Shown piece after piece: positions 39,656 through 49,868 of a stretch of 64,000 bases of DNA (position 1 is its first letter; each line of letters starts with the position of its first letter). The stretch is from a virus. Under the pieces are notes generated by a model. The model ran no database searches, was not told the DNA's origin, and worked only from the letters and a program-made list of their open reading frames with translations. The DNA lies in the IMG/VR virus record IMGVR_UViG_3300037205_000062, positions 64,001 to 128,000 of that record; one strand, 5' to 3'. The translations under genes and the position numbers were made by a program.

Positions 39656-40606
39656 TTATAATAGTATAGATTTAGGTAAAACTGTATAATTTCTTCTAAT
39701 AGCCTGATTATCAAAATGGGTTAATTGTGGTACTAAAATATAAGCTTTATTAGATAATACCTTTTTAACAAAATTAGCCATATATATACAATCATAATTT
39801 AAAGGAAAGCATGTTTCAGGAAATGGCATCCATCTTAATTGATGACTTGGAAAAGGTTGGAATGGCGCTGATACTTGGCGACTTAAACAAAGGGTAGGGA
39901 TTCCATAGGAATATCCAATCACACGTAACCCACTATCTATTGAAAACATTAATTTTGCGGCTGAAATAGCCAAACAAGCCTCTTTTAATCCAACTGCTAA
40001 AATTTCAACGTTTGGATAATTTTCAAATTTAGAATAAATATTTCTTATATCATTTGTACAAATAAGTTTACATTTTATAAATTTGCTAACTTCTTCTACT
40101 ATACGTTCTATATACCAACGTTCTAAACCGTGGTCATTTTTTGTATTAGACATAAGATGAAATGCCACATATTCCTCTTTTGTATCTAATTTTTGTAAAT
40201 CTGGCTTGGGAAAAAATCTATAATATCTTAACCAATCAAAATCATAATCTACCCATTTTAAAGAGTCTATATGACCATCATACCAAATATCATGAGATTC
40301 AATTTTTGCGCGCCATTCATCTGGAACATTTTCATAAACACCCATACTCTTTTCTTCTCCAAATTGAGAAGAAATATAACATTCTTTATATTTTTTATGA
40401 GGTATAACAATAACTTCTTTATAAAAAGAAGGATATAAAATTTCAATTAATTCTTTTTGAAAAGTTTTCCCTTCGCTATCGACATAAAGATAAATGTCAT
40501 AATCTGGATATTTTTCTTTAATAGCTGGTATAAAACGATTAAATAATAAAATATCACCCGCCCCACCTTCAGCTCTAATTCCTATAGTTTTATTTATACT
40601 TTCCAT
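39656..40606 (-). CDS. Glycosyltransferase family 9-like
   Basis: GGAGDILL...IKEKYPD; IDSGL...GIPTL. Confidence 0.75.
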   Translation of the reverse strand: MESINKTIGIRAEGGAGDILLFNRFIPAIKEKYPDYDIYLYVDSEGKTFQKELIEILYPSFYKEVIVIPHKKYKECYISSQFGEEKSMGVYENVPDEWRAKIESHDIWYDGHIDSLKWVDYDFDWLRYYRFFPKPDLQKLDTKEEYVAFHLMSNTKNDHGLERWYIERIVEEVSKFIKCKLICTNDIRNIYSKFENYPNVEILAVGLKEACLAISAAKLMFSIDSGLRVIGYSYGIPTLCLSRQVSAPFQPFPSHQLRWMPFPETCFPLNYDCIYMANFVKKVLSNKAYILVPQLTHFDNQAIRRNYTVLPKSILL

Positions 40607-40609
40607 TTT

Positions 40610-41851
40610 TTATATAATTTCTACAATAGGTAATGGGAAAATAAACTTAGTTCCATTTTTTATTGTTTCCTTTTCTCTTTCTAATATTTCTTTTTTAAAA
40701 TGATATGGACCAACTAAATAATAGTCTGGTTTCATTTTTCTGCTTTCTTCTTCTGAGATTAGTTTAATACCACTAATAGTTTTAGCACCAAATTTTTCTG
40801 GACTTCTTTCTGCTGCATATTCAATTAGTTCTGGTCCTATTTTACAATAACCTAAAATAGTATTAAGTTTAGTAGACGAACCATAAATATGAATTGTTTT
40901 TCCTGATTTTTTAATGTTATTTATTAATGATACTAGAGTAAATTTTTGCTCTAATACTGACATTCTAAATTTCTTATAGGTATCTTCATCATCTAGCGAC
41001 GCACAAAATTCTTCCATTCTTATATTTGATAAGTTTTTCTCAAATTCATTATTGTTATAATCAAAACACGATTTATGAGATACAAATACCATTAAACTAC
41101 CACCATTTGTATCAGTCTTTTGGGCATTAAAAATTTTTAACCCAATAGAATTTAACATTATCTCTAATGGGGCTAAATGATAATGAATAATATGTTCATT
41201 TACTATACTATCATACGCCAAATTATTTAACATAGAAGGCCAATATGCCACTTCAAATATCCATATTCCTTTATCTGTTAATATCTTTTTTATTTCTTCC
41301 GCAAATTTTGTTGGATTTTCAACATCATAATAGCACGCAATAGATGTAATAATATCAAACTGTTTTCCACATAATTTATTAGTTGGAAACAAATCATTTA
41401 TTACAATTATATCTTCATCTGTTTGTTTTGCTGATATGTCAGACGGATCAACTCCATATTTAATAAAGTTTTTTGGATAATTTCTTAATAATGTATTGTC
41501 GTTAGAAGCTATATCTAATACTGATCCAAGTTCTAATTGAGTTAACTTTAACGCATTATTTACAATAGATTTAAGATGTTCTCTCATTGTAAAACTTATA
41601 CCAGATTGATACCAATAATTTGTATAAAGAATTCTTGGCGGAATAGTATGTTTCGTTTGGATTAATCCACACGCATCTTCATATTTAGATGTATCGCATC
41701 TAACTACTAAATTTGGAGTTTTTCTGAGTGGTGGATTTGGAATTCCATCCTTTATAAAGGAACCTTGAAAATACTGTTCTCCTAAATCAATTACATCAGT
41801 TAAATTAGGATTTCCACAAATTCTACATGTTTGTTTATATTTTATATTCAC
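40610..41851 (-). CDS. NDP-sugar C-methyltransferase (Zn-binding, Methyltransf_13/14 type)
   Basis: CRICG..DLGEQ, LDIASND, YDSIVNEH, NGGSL, YGSSTK.NT. Confidence 0.88.
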   Translation of the reverse strand: MNIKYKQTCRICGNPNLTDVIDLGEQYFQGSFIKDGIPNPPLRKTPNLVVRCDTSKYEDACGLIQTKHTIPPRILYTNYWYQSGISFTMREHLKSIVNNALKLTQLELGSVLDIASNDNTLLRNYPKNFIKYGVDPSDISAKQTDEDIIVINDLFPTNKLCGKQFDIITSIACYYDVENPTKFAEEIKKILTDKGIWIFEVAYWPSMLNNLAYDSIVNEHIIHYHLAPLEIMLNSIGLKIFNAQKTDTNGGSLMVFVSHKSCFDYNNNEFEKNLSNIRMEEFCASLDDEDTYKKFRMSVLEQKFTLVSLINNIKKSGKTIHIYGSSTKLNTILGYCKIGPELIEYAAERSPEKFGAKTISGIKLISEEESRKMKPDYYLVGPYHFKKEILEREKETIKNGTKFIFPLPIVEII

Positions 41852-42186
41852 GTCTTAAATTCGGAAATTGAATTATGAAAGAATTTTTTTTGTAAAACTT
41901 GTTTAGCCCTATATCTTAATATATTATAATTATCTAATTCCTTCGCTGTAATTAAATTAAATTTAGCTTTATCCACTCCATTAAAAATTAATAAATTAGT
42001 TTCTTTTAAAGAAAGATATTCTTGAGATTTTAAAATAGAAGAAAATTTTACGTGCCCAATTTGTTTAGACAAGAACAGGTAACATTCTTTATAATGTTTT
42101 TCCTGTTCCTGAAACTTATCTTTTTTAATTTCTAATATAGATAAATAATCAAAAGCATATGATTCACTAACTAATAGATTAATCAT
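41848..42186 (-). CDS. Hypothetical protein (DUF6165-like)
   Basis: D.LSILEIK...N..R...K pattern. Confidence 0.5.
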   Translation of the reverse strand: MINLLVSESYAFDYLSILEIKKDKFQEQEKHYKECYLFLSKQIGHVKFSSILKSQEYLSLKETNLLIFNGVDKAKFNLITAKELDNYNILRYRAKQVLQKKFFHNSISEFKT

Positions 42187-42198
42187 ATATTTTAATAA

Positions 42199-42381
42199 TT
42201 ACTTATTAAATATAAATTTTACCTGTTCGGACTTGAAATCAATAAACTTTTGAGTTTTCTCGGACCAAACAATCACCTTAATATCTTCTGTTTTTGCGGC
42301 GATTCCTTGTTTTTGAAACAGTTCTGCAACAGTTCCCAAAACTTCAGAAGCATCCAATTCAGCATTTATTTGTATTTTCAT
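42199..42381 (-). CDS. Hypothetical protein
   Basis: 60 aa, downstream of a TTGACA-17-TATAAT promoter (42388-42416). Confidence 0.6.
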   Translation of the reverse strand: MKIQINAELDASEVLGTVAELFQKQGIAAKTEDIKVIVWSEKTQKFIDFKSEQVKFIFNK

Positions 42382-42418
42382 AATAGTATTATATATTAGT
42401 TTTATTTATATGTCAATA

Positions 42419-42775
42419 TTAAATTTCTATTACTTCACCACTAGTTTTAGATGGATGAAGTTTCTTTGTCTTTTTCTCGTAGTCGTCAATTACTTTTTGT
42501 TTTACTGGGTCTTGGCCAGATACTTTTGCCCTTTTATCGCTTAATTCAGAACTTATATCCCACATGTCGCCTATAGAATAGTTTTTATTTTTAGTGTGAT
42601 TGACAAAATCATTAGCGGAATTAGGATTAATTTTAGTATCTATAGAAGCTGTAGGTTTAGTAAAAATACGAAGCCATTTTGTTCCATTTTCGGAATATTC
42701 ATGAAGATCATTCATACCTTGAAATATTTCTTTAATTTCTTCTGTTTTTGGATGCTGGAAAAGATAAAGTGGCAT
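42419..42775 (-). CDS. FmdB-like protein (zinc-less ribbon)
   Basis: MPLYLFQHPKT.E..E.FQ.M N-terminus. Confidence 0.55.
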   Translation of the reverse strand: MPLYLFQHPKTEEIKEIFQGMNDLHEYSENGTKWLRIFTKPTASIDTKINPNSANDFVNHTKNKNYSIGDMWDISSELSDKRAKVSGQDPVKQKVIDDYEKKTKKLHPSKTSGEVIEI

Positions 42776-42779
42776 AATG

Positions 42780-43016
42780 TTATTTCGGATAAGAATTAGT
42801 GAGTTTATATTTTTCTTTTTGTCTTTCTAATTCTTTAGTAAAATCATCATGATTATCTGGGTGTTTTTGTTTGGCGAAAACTGCCGCTAATTGTCTTTGT
42901 AATTTCCACATAATTTGCTCTTCTGTTCCATCAATAAGAAAATGACCAATATCAACTGGATTTTTTCTAATATCAAAATCATCTTCGCATAAAAAAAGAC
43001 AAGTAGTTAATTTCAT
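42780..43016 (-). CDS. Hypothetical protein
   Basis: 78-aa ORF in operon. Confidence 0.55.
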   Translation of the reverse strand: MKLTTCLFLCEDDFDIRKNPVDIGHFLIDGTEEQIMWKLQRQLAAVFAKQKHPDNHDDFTKELERQKEKYKLTNSYPK

Positions 43017-43699
43017 ATATTATAATATTTTTCTATTTCACTTTTACTAAAAATAAAGAAAATTTTATTATCTTCTTCTTGAACTGATATAATATGAGAA
43101 TTAATGAATCCTTTATTTAACATTTCAGATTTGAAAGTGGGGATATGTTCTGGTTCAAGAACCGTTTCGCCGCAAATGCTTTGTACTTTACTTAGGTTAG
43201 CTTCTTTTAGGATGTCTCTTTCTTGGTATCCTATATTAATTTTTAATATATCAATACTAGTTTCTTTACCGCAATATACGTCTAAAATTTTTGAAAGAGT
43301 ATCACTTGGGCAAAAATATCCAAGTGTTTCGTTGGATGGGGCAACTGGTTGAAGATTTGAATAATTAATAAATGATTTTTCTGATTTTGGATGTCCTATT
43401 TTTAATCCAGAATTATCTTTAGAAATAGATATAAGGTGAGGAATAGCAAATGGATTTTCAGATAAATTTTTTATTAACATCTTAAAATTATCTAAATATG
43501 GTTCAAAAGAATAAACTCTTTTTGCGCCCAAAGCTAATGAAGTAATAGTAAAATAACCACAATGCGCCCCAATATCTACGACTATAGGACGTTCTTCTTC
43601 CTTTTTAAATCCTCTAACACGATACGAATTAGTATTAAATATCTTATCTAACCAATATTGATCGTCTGAAAAACTACGAATATGTATTACGGGAGTCAT
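43013..43699 (-). CDS. FkbM-family methyltransferase
   Basis: VVDIGAHCGYF, SFEP..NF..L..N. Confidence 0.85.
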   Translation of the reverse strand: MTPVIHIRSFSDDQYWLDKIFNTNSYRVRGFKKEEERPIVVDIGAHCGYFTITSLALGAKRVYSFEPYLDNFKMLIKNLSENPFAIPHLISISKDNSGLKIGHPKSEKSFINYSNLQPVAPSNETLGYFCPSDTLSKILDVYCGKETSIDILKINIGYQERDILKEANLSKVQSICGETVLEPEHIPTFKSEMLNKGFINSHIISVQEEDNKIFFIFSKSEIEKYYNI

Positions 43700-43710
43700 A
43701 AATAAATATA

Positions 43711-44811
43711 TTATCTAATAGAGGTTTCGATTATTCTATTAACAAAATCTTCTTTATTAAATTTAGTTTGAAGTTCTAATCCAAATTTATTAACTCGATC
43801 TTTTTCTACTCTAGTAATTGCTTTACGGCAAGCAAATATAAACTCTTCTTCATTCCAGTCAAAAATATTACCTTGATTAAACATATCACCTTTACGGAAA
43901 AATATGTTATCAACAGAATCTATTTTCCCACTAGGATTAATTAGAACAGAGTTATTACTATTAGCCCAACCTTTATAAGCATGAGCATCTAAAATAACAG
44001 CATGTTTTCCAATAGCTACTGATTGGAATTCTGGAAGTCCCCACCCCTCACCTCCAGAAACTCCCAAAACAATATCTCCACTATTAAGAAAATCATTATA
44101 AATATAATTTTCTTTAAAATTAGGAAAGAAGTTTACATTAAATGGTTTATCCCCTCCTAAAATTTGTTTAATAAATTCGTGATTTTGTTCGGGAGACAAA
44201 AAATGATTAAAAATAGCGCATTGTAAATGATAACGTCTATCGTTGCCAAAGGCTTTAATCCAAGATTGAATTACTTTTGCGTGATGCTTTCTTTTTTCTA
44301 ATTTTCCGCAAAGATTAAATACAATTCTACCATCTTGATGATATTGTTTATTTAATTTTGTAAAATTATAAGAGTCAAAAGCAAGAGGAACATAACTACA
44401 ATTAACTCCAAATAATTTAAAGACAGTACAAGCGTATTCACTACTAAGAATTAAATTATTATTTTTAGCTATATTAAGTTCAATTTTAGTTGGACTATCT
44501 AGTTCATAAAAACTTAATAATGATTGTTTATAACCATAAGATTCAAGACTTTGATTAAGATGCCATAATTTGAACACTGGAATATCTTTAGTATAGTTTT
44601 CTAATGTTTTAACTAATTTTGATTGAAGCCAAGCTTTAAAATCTTCTTCTATTTTTTGAGAAGAAAGGTCTATATTAGCAATAGCAAAAAGATATAAATC
44701 AATGTCACTTGTTCCATTCTTTTCTCTTTCAAAGAGAGTTTTTAAAATAAGAGTGGATACTTGGCCTAGTGAAACGCTATTAATTGGAAGATGTAAGGCT
44801 AATTTATTCAT
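43711..44811 (-). CDS. GT4 glycosyltransferase
   Basis: GKLEKRKH, SGGEGWGLPEFQSVAIGK. Confidence 0.85.
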   Translation of the reverse strand: MNKLALHLPINSVSLGQVSTLILKTLFEREKNGTSDIDLYLFAIANIDLSSQKIEEDFKAWLQSKLVKTLENYTKDIPVFKLWHLNQSLESYGYKQSLLSFYELDSPTKIELNIAKNNNLILSSEYACTVFKLFGVNCSYVPLAFDSYNFTKLNKQYHQDGRIVFNLCGKLEKRKHHAKVIQSWIKAFGNDRRYHLQCAIFNHFLSPEQNHEFIKQILGGDKPFNVNFFPNFKENYIYNDFLNSGDIVLGVSGGEGWGLPEFQSVAIGKHAVILDAHAYKGWANSNNSVLINPSGKIDSVDNIFFRKGDMFNQGNIFDWNEEEFIFACRKAITRVEKDRVNKFGLELQTKFNKEDFVNRIIETSIR

Positions 44812-44871
44812 TATTATGACTGTAAATAAAGAATATTCCATCTTTACTTACAGTTTTGACTATTCTAAATA

Positions 44872-45180
44872 TCAGAATACTTCACTATTATCTGTTTGTT
44901 CGGTAGGAACAACCTTAGTTTTAGTTTCTACTGATTGAGTAACTACTTGTTTAGTAGCTTCCCTTGATTCAGCGAAATAAACATTAATATCTGGCTGGGA
45001 ATCAGTTTTCTTATCCTTATTAGAAAAGGCGATAATGTCAACCTGTTGACCAGCTTTTACATCAAATGGGAATTTTAATCCACCCTTTAAGTAAGCATCA
45101 CCCTTTTGTGACTTGTTTTTCCATAGACCACCGAGACGGTTAGTTTTCCAATCGGTTTTAGTATTTGTATTTGTAGGCAT
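44872..45180 (-). CDS. DUF736-like / SSB-like protein
   Basis: GGLWK..S.KG..YL.G...F.N..K....PD; acidic C-terminus ending in F. Confidence 0.5.
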   Translation of the reverse strand: MPTNTNTKTDWKTNRLGGLWKNKSQKGDAYLKGGLKFPFDVKAGQQVDIIAFSNKDKKTDSQPDINVYFAESREATKQVVTQSVETKTKVVPTEQTDNSEVF

Positions 45181-45221
45181 AATTTGTTATATTATAATAG
45201 ACCTTAAATTTAAGTATTTAT

Positions 45222-45842
45222 TCAAACTATATCTGAAATATTTTTACTATTGATTTTACTTTTCACTAATTTAACGCCCTTGTCATGTAAATTTACTACA
45301 GTTTGCGTACTTAAATTCATTTTTTTAGCTACTTTACTCCAAATCATTTTTTTATCTCCGCAATATCTATATTTAAAAATATTACATATTCTATCATCTT
45401 TTAATTGATTTAGTATATTAAATATATAATGATAATTTTCTATATAATTTTTATTATTATTAGAGTAGTCAGTGGTTGCTTGTTTTTCTTCTATACGAGT
45501 TTTAATTTCGTCGCTATCCATTGGAAGAACTAATTTATCAGAATTCATTGTATTCAGACATAAATATCTAGTACAATTCCCTATCCAAGTTGATAATTTA
45601 GCATTCTTTTTAGACTTAAAAGAAAGAATACAACGGTAAATAACGTAATTTTTTTCATCAAAAATATCTTTAATATTAATACCACTAAGTAAGAGTGCTA
45701 AATTATACTTTTGACATATTTTATAAAAAATATTTTCATATCTTTTACAAATCTCATTAAATGAATCATTGTCACCGTATTTCTTAACTGAATTAATTAA
45801 TTGTAAATCAGTTTTTTGTTCTGGTAGTTTATTGTTTTTCAT
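45222..45842 (-). CDS. Phage sigma70-family factor (regions 2 and 4)
   Basis: KLSTWIGN..RY.CLN; RY...W.KVAKKMNLS.QTV.NLH.KG. Confidence 0.75.
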   Translation of the reverse strand: MKNNKLPEQKTDLQLINSVKKYGDNDSFNEICKRYENIFYKICQKYNLALLLSGINIKDIFDEKNYVIYRCILSFKSKKNAKLSTWIGNCTRYLCLNTMNSDKLVLPMDSDEIKTRIEEKQATTDYSNNNKNYIENYHYIFNILNQLKDDRICNIFKYRYCGDKKMIWSKVAKKMNLSTQTVVNLHDKGVKLVKSKINSKNISDIV

Positions 45843-46239
45843 TACAAAGTTTTTTAATAACTTCTATAGGTAAATCTTTAGGTAAATCATCTAATTCTTT
45901 TGGAAGTAGCCCTATTTCAATTCTTTTCTTTGTATCAATTAAACAGAGTAAATTCCAAGCCGCCGCAGTTAAATGAGGTTCATCATTTTGACCCCTCAAA
46001 GCTTTATTTAGATGACGTTTAGCTGAATCCGCATATCTTGAAAGAGGTTGGCCTTTTTCCCAATTTCTTTCGCCGTACTTAATCGCTCCACCTTCAAAAT
46101 GCTTTGCTATCTCTTCTTCCGCAAACATTGGTAGTAAATCAAATCTTCCTTTACCATCTCTAGTGTCTCTTCTCGAACCTGTATTAAATTCTTGTCTCTT
46201 ACCAGAATCTTTAATTACAGGAGTTATTTTAGTAGTCAT
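45829..46239 (-). CDS. dATP/dGTP diphosphohydrolase (DUF5664 family)
   Basis: F.TG..RD...GK.RFDLLP, GA.KYG.RNWEKG, S..RH, HL.AA.WN. Confidence 0.88.
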   Translation of the reverse strand: MTTKITPVIKDSGKRQEFNTGSRRDTRDGKGRFDLLPMFAEEEIAKHFEGGAIKYGERNWEKGQPLSRYADSAKRHLNKALRGQNDEPHLTAAAWNLLCLIDTKKRIEIGLLPKELDDLPKDLPIEVIKKLCNEKQ

Positions 46240-46349
46240 ATATTATAGACATTAAAAAGTACATGTTTATTCAATTTTTATCGGATAAAAATTAATCCTT
46301 TCAGGATTTTCTTAAACCACCTTTCATTATTTAATAATATGTAATATAT

Positions 46350-46715
46350 AACAGTGTGTTGACGCAGTTTCTCCCCTGAAAAGGTTTTTATAAAATATGT
46401 ATTGGTTCAAGATGCTGGTTGGCCTATCATCTTATGTATTTTATAACTATCCAACGGTCGTCACTTCCAGTTTAAGGTACTAACGTGACCCCATGTTTTT
46501 GACATGAAAAGACTAATTTGAATTAACGTTTTATGTTCCATTCAATGCTTTATCAGTTTGTTGTTTATTCAGTTCGGCACGCAAGTAATATGCGTAATAT
46601 CTGGCTCTCACCAACTTGATTCCGTCTAACTGATGTCCGTTTCTAACCAATTTTCGGACTATTACTCAACAAGTGGCCGATTTTATATATCTACGAGCAA
46701 TTTGTTGAATCGTCA
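46350..46715 (-). ncRNA. Candidate structured RNA in the divergent intergenic region
   Basis: No long ORF; higher GC than flanks; several hairpins including TGGT-GAGA-GCCA and GTCCG...CGGAC. Confidence 0.35.
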
Positions 46716-46792
46716 TATTTATTAAGACACAAAAATACATCTTTTTATTCAAACTCATTGAATATTTTTTTTCTATAACTGTCTATTTATAT

Positions 46793-47149
46793 ATGAACGA
46801 ATTAGAATTTTTAAGTTTTATTATAGTTATACTTTATGTTTTATTTGACACGGATGCTATACCAGAATATCTTGGATTAATTGATAAAAATTGGTTTAAA
46901 ATAAATGATTATAATAAATTTAAACAAATAGGTTCAATTCCTTTGAGTTATCTTGAATGGTTATCATCTTTGTTTCCTAATAATTTTTTTCTCAAATTGC
47001 TATCTTGTTCTACTTGTTTAATTCCTTGGTTAGTATTTTTATTTAATTTTTTGTGTAATCTTAATTGGAAAACGATAGGATATGAAATACTCATAGTTTG
47101 GGTAACTTATCCATTATTGAGAAGGATAATTAAGAAGTTATATGAATAG
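46793..47149 (+). CDS. Membrane protein (DUF1360-like)
   Basis: Hydrophobic segments and LLSCSTCL.PW. Confidence 0.55.
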   Translation: MNELEFLSFIIVILYVLFDTDAIPEYLGLIDKNWFKINDYNKFKQIGSIPLSYLEWLSSLFPNNFFLKLLSCSTCLIPWLVFLFNFLCNLNWKTIGYEILIVWVTYPLLRRIIKKLYE

Positions 47150-47600
47150 TATTATATTTAACAGGATACAGGAACAACAAAAACACAATTCAATTTCTAA
47201 ACCTAAAATTGTAACAAATAAACCAATTATTGAACCAATTAGTCCTGAAAAATTACAAAACGAATTAGAACATTTATTTCAAGTAGAACAAGTAAATAAT
47301 TCTATTATTGAAAAGAAAAATATTCAAGAATTTCCAGACTTATTTCATTTTGTAGAATGGTATTTAGGAAAAGAAAGTCTTTTTTTAGAAAAGCAAAATG
47401 AAGCACTAAAAACTTTAGTACAAGCAAGAGATTTAATTAATGTTGGTTGCGCTTGTAAGAGAACTCAAAGAATTGAAGCGGCGCATAATTATTTTAAGAT
47501 TTTTTGGGCTAATAACGCTAAAACTAATTTAGTATCATCAGTATTACAAGCATGTAAAACTGAATCTGTTTTATTTGGTAATTTTCTACATTATCCATAA
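47142..47600 (+). CDS. Hypothetical protein
   Basis: 152 aa, GCAC motif. Confidence 0.55.
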   Translation: MNSIIFNRIQEQQKHNSISKPKIVTNKPIIEPISPEKLQNELEHLFQVEQVNNSIIEKKNIQEFPDLFHFVEWYLGKESLFLEKQNEALKTLVQARDLINVGCACKRTQRIEAAHNYFKIFWANNAKTNLVSSVLQACKTESVLFGNFLHYP

Positions 47601-47680
47601 TACACATAAAAAGTTCATTTATAAATAAATGATTTTTTCCTTGCGTTTTAAGTAAAACTAATGTAATATAATTTTATCAT

Positions 47681-49828
47681 ATGACAATAAATAAAGAGGT
47701 TGAAAAGGTTGGGGTAGATTATTTGGAAGAAATATCAAATTTTATATTTTTAAGTAAATATAGTAGATATAACGAAAAATTAGGAAGACGTGAATCTTGG
47801 AATGAGGCAGTTTCTAGGGTAGAAAACATGCATTTGAAAAAGTATTACTTCTTATCTGATAAGGATAAACAAGAAATTAATCAATCTTTTGATTTAGTTA
47901 GAAGTAAGATGGTAGTTCCATCAATGCGTTCATTACAATTTGGTGGTAAAGCTATTGAAGCTAAAAATGAAAAAATTTATAATTGTTGCGTAAGACATAT
48001 TGATTCTATTCGTTCGTTCGCGGAGGTTCTTTATTTACTATTATGTGGTTGTGGTGTTGGATTAGGTATTTCAAAGTATTTTTTAAACAGACTTTCTTTT
48101 TTGGCAAATGAAAAAGATAAAACTGGTTCTATTTTAACTTATACAGTTACAGATAGTATAGAAGGATGGTCTGATTCAGTTGAAGTATTATTAATGTCCT
48201 TTTTTAAAAATACTCCATTAACAGGACGAAAAGTAGTATTTGATTATAGTAAAATTCGCGCCGAAGGAGAATCACTTAAAACTAGCGGAGGTAAAGCACC
48301 TGGATATAAAGGTTTGAAACAATGTCATAAAAAAATAAAGGAATTATTAGATCATGTTATTGAATATAAACATCAATCAAGACTTAAAACAATTGATGCT
48401 TATGATATTATCATGCATTGTGCTGATGCTACATTAAGTGGCGGAGTAAGACGTTCTGCTACTAGTGTTATATTTGATAAAAATGATGAAGATATGATTA
48501 ATGCTAAGGCTAAATTTAAGGTCGATAAGGTTTTTCATTTTAGTCATATTGGTGAGGAAACTGTTGGAGGGTTTACTAATAAAATTTACGAGGGCAAAAT
48601 TAATTTTGAAGGTTCAAGATATGAAATTCAAATTAAGGAATATGAACTTGAAGATTTAAAAAATAATTTGGTAAGTTGGAATCATTTATTTCCACAAAGA
48701 GCAAGATCAAATAATAGCGTTTTATTATTAAGGGACAAAACTACGCAAGAGGAATTTGCGAAAATTATTGAAAGGACTAAACAGTTTGGAGAGCCAGGTT
48801 TTGTATGGGGAAATCATCCTTGGCAACTTTTTAATCCATGTTTTGAGATTGGTTTTATTCCAGTTACCAAAGATGGAATTTGTGGTGTGCAATTTTGTAA
48901 TTTAACCTCACAAAATGGTAGAAAAATTACTTCTAAAGAAGAATTTAAGAAATCTGTTATATCTGCCACGATTATTGGAACTTTACAAGCTGGATATACT
49001 CATTTTCCATATCTTTCTAAGGTTTCGGAAGATTTAACGAAAGAAGAATCCCTTTTAGGAGTTAGCATAACTGGCATGATGGACAATCCTGATATTTTAT
49101 TAAATCCAGAATATCAAAAAGAAATGGCCGAATTATCTATAGAAGTTAATAAAATTTGGAGCCAAAAACTTCAAATAAATCAAGCGGCCAGAATTACTTG
49201 TGTTAAACCAGAAGGAACATCTAGTCTTATTTTGGGTACTGGTTCTGGTATTCACGCGCATCACGCTCGTAAATATTTTAGACGAGTACAAGTAAATAAG
49301 CTAGAAACCATTTATAAATATTTTAAGAAATTTAATCAACATTTATCTGAACCCTCTGTATGGTCCGCTAATAAAACTGATGATGTAATCTGTTTCCCAA
49401 TTGAAGTTTCGCCAAGAGCTATGATTAAAAAGGATTTGAGCGCTATTAAGCATTTAGATTATATTAAGTCTACTCAAGAGAATTGGGTCTTATCTGGCGT
49501 AACCAAAGCTAATCAAAAACCAATTGAACATAATGTAAGTTGTACTATTATTGTTAAAGATAATGAATGGAATGATGTAATCAAATATATATTTAATAAT
49601 AAAAATTATTTTGCCGCCATTTCATTTTTACCAGATGGTAGTGACAAAGTTTACCAACAGGCTCCAATGGAAGCTATTGTAGATGAAAAAGATGAATTAA
49701 ATTGGAAAAATATTATAAATAATTTCCATAGCGTTGATTACAAGCAACTTAAAGAAACCGATGATAATACTGCTCCAAGCCAAGAAATAGTTTGCGCTGG
49801 AGATAAATGTAGTATTGTAACTATATAA
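47681..49828 (+). CDS. nrdJ: Class II (B12-dependent) ribonucleotide reductase
   Basis: PSMRSLQFGG, YNC, GCGVG, SGGVRRSA, NPCFEI, FCNL, CVKPEGT, C-terminal CAGDKC. Confidence 0.93.
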   Translation: MTINKEVEKVGVDYLEEISNFIFLSKYSRYNEKLGRRESWNEAVSRVENMHLKKYYFLSDKDKQEINQSFDLVRSKMVVPSMRSLQFGGKAIEAKNEKIYNCCVRHIDSIRSFAEVLYLLLCGCGVGLGISKYFLNRLSFLANEKDKTGSILTYTVTDSIEGWSDSVEVLLMSFFKNTPLTGRKVVFDYSKIRAEGESLKTSGGKAPGYKGLKQCHKKIKELLDHVIEYKHQSRLKTIDAYDIIMHCADATLSGGVRRSATSVIFDKNDEDMINAKAKFKVDKVFHFSHIGEETVGGFTNKIYEGKINFEGSRYEIQIKEYELEDLKNNLVSWNHLFPQRARSNNSVLLLRDKTTQEEFAKIIERTKQFGEPGFVWGNHPWQLFNPCFEIGFIPVTKDGICGVQFCNLTSQNGRKITSKEEFKKSVISATIIGTLQAGYTHFPYLSKVSEDLTKEESLLGVSITGMMDNPDILLNPEYQKEMAELSIEVNKIWSQKLQINQAARITCVKPEGTSSLILGTGSGIHAHHARKYFRRVQVNKLETIYKYFKKFNQHLSEPSVWSANKTDDVICFPIEVSPRAMIKKDLSAIKHLDYIKSTQENWVLSGVTKANQKPIEHNVSCTIIVKDNEWNDVIKYIFNNKNYFAAISFLPDGSDKVYQQAPMEAIVDEKDELNWKNIINNFHSVDYKQLKETDDNTAPSQEIVCAGDKCSIVTI

Positions 49829-49868
49829 TTCTTGACAAATAAGTAAATTTGTGTAATACTTAAATATC

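Noticed and set aside
46640-46680. RNase P RNA or group I intron core (GAGTAATAGTCCG on minus strand)
   Set aside because: Only a partial resemblance; no matching 3' P4 strand or P7 partner was found.
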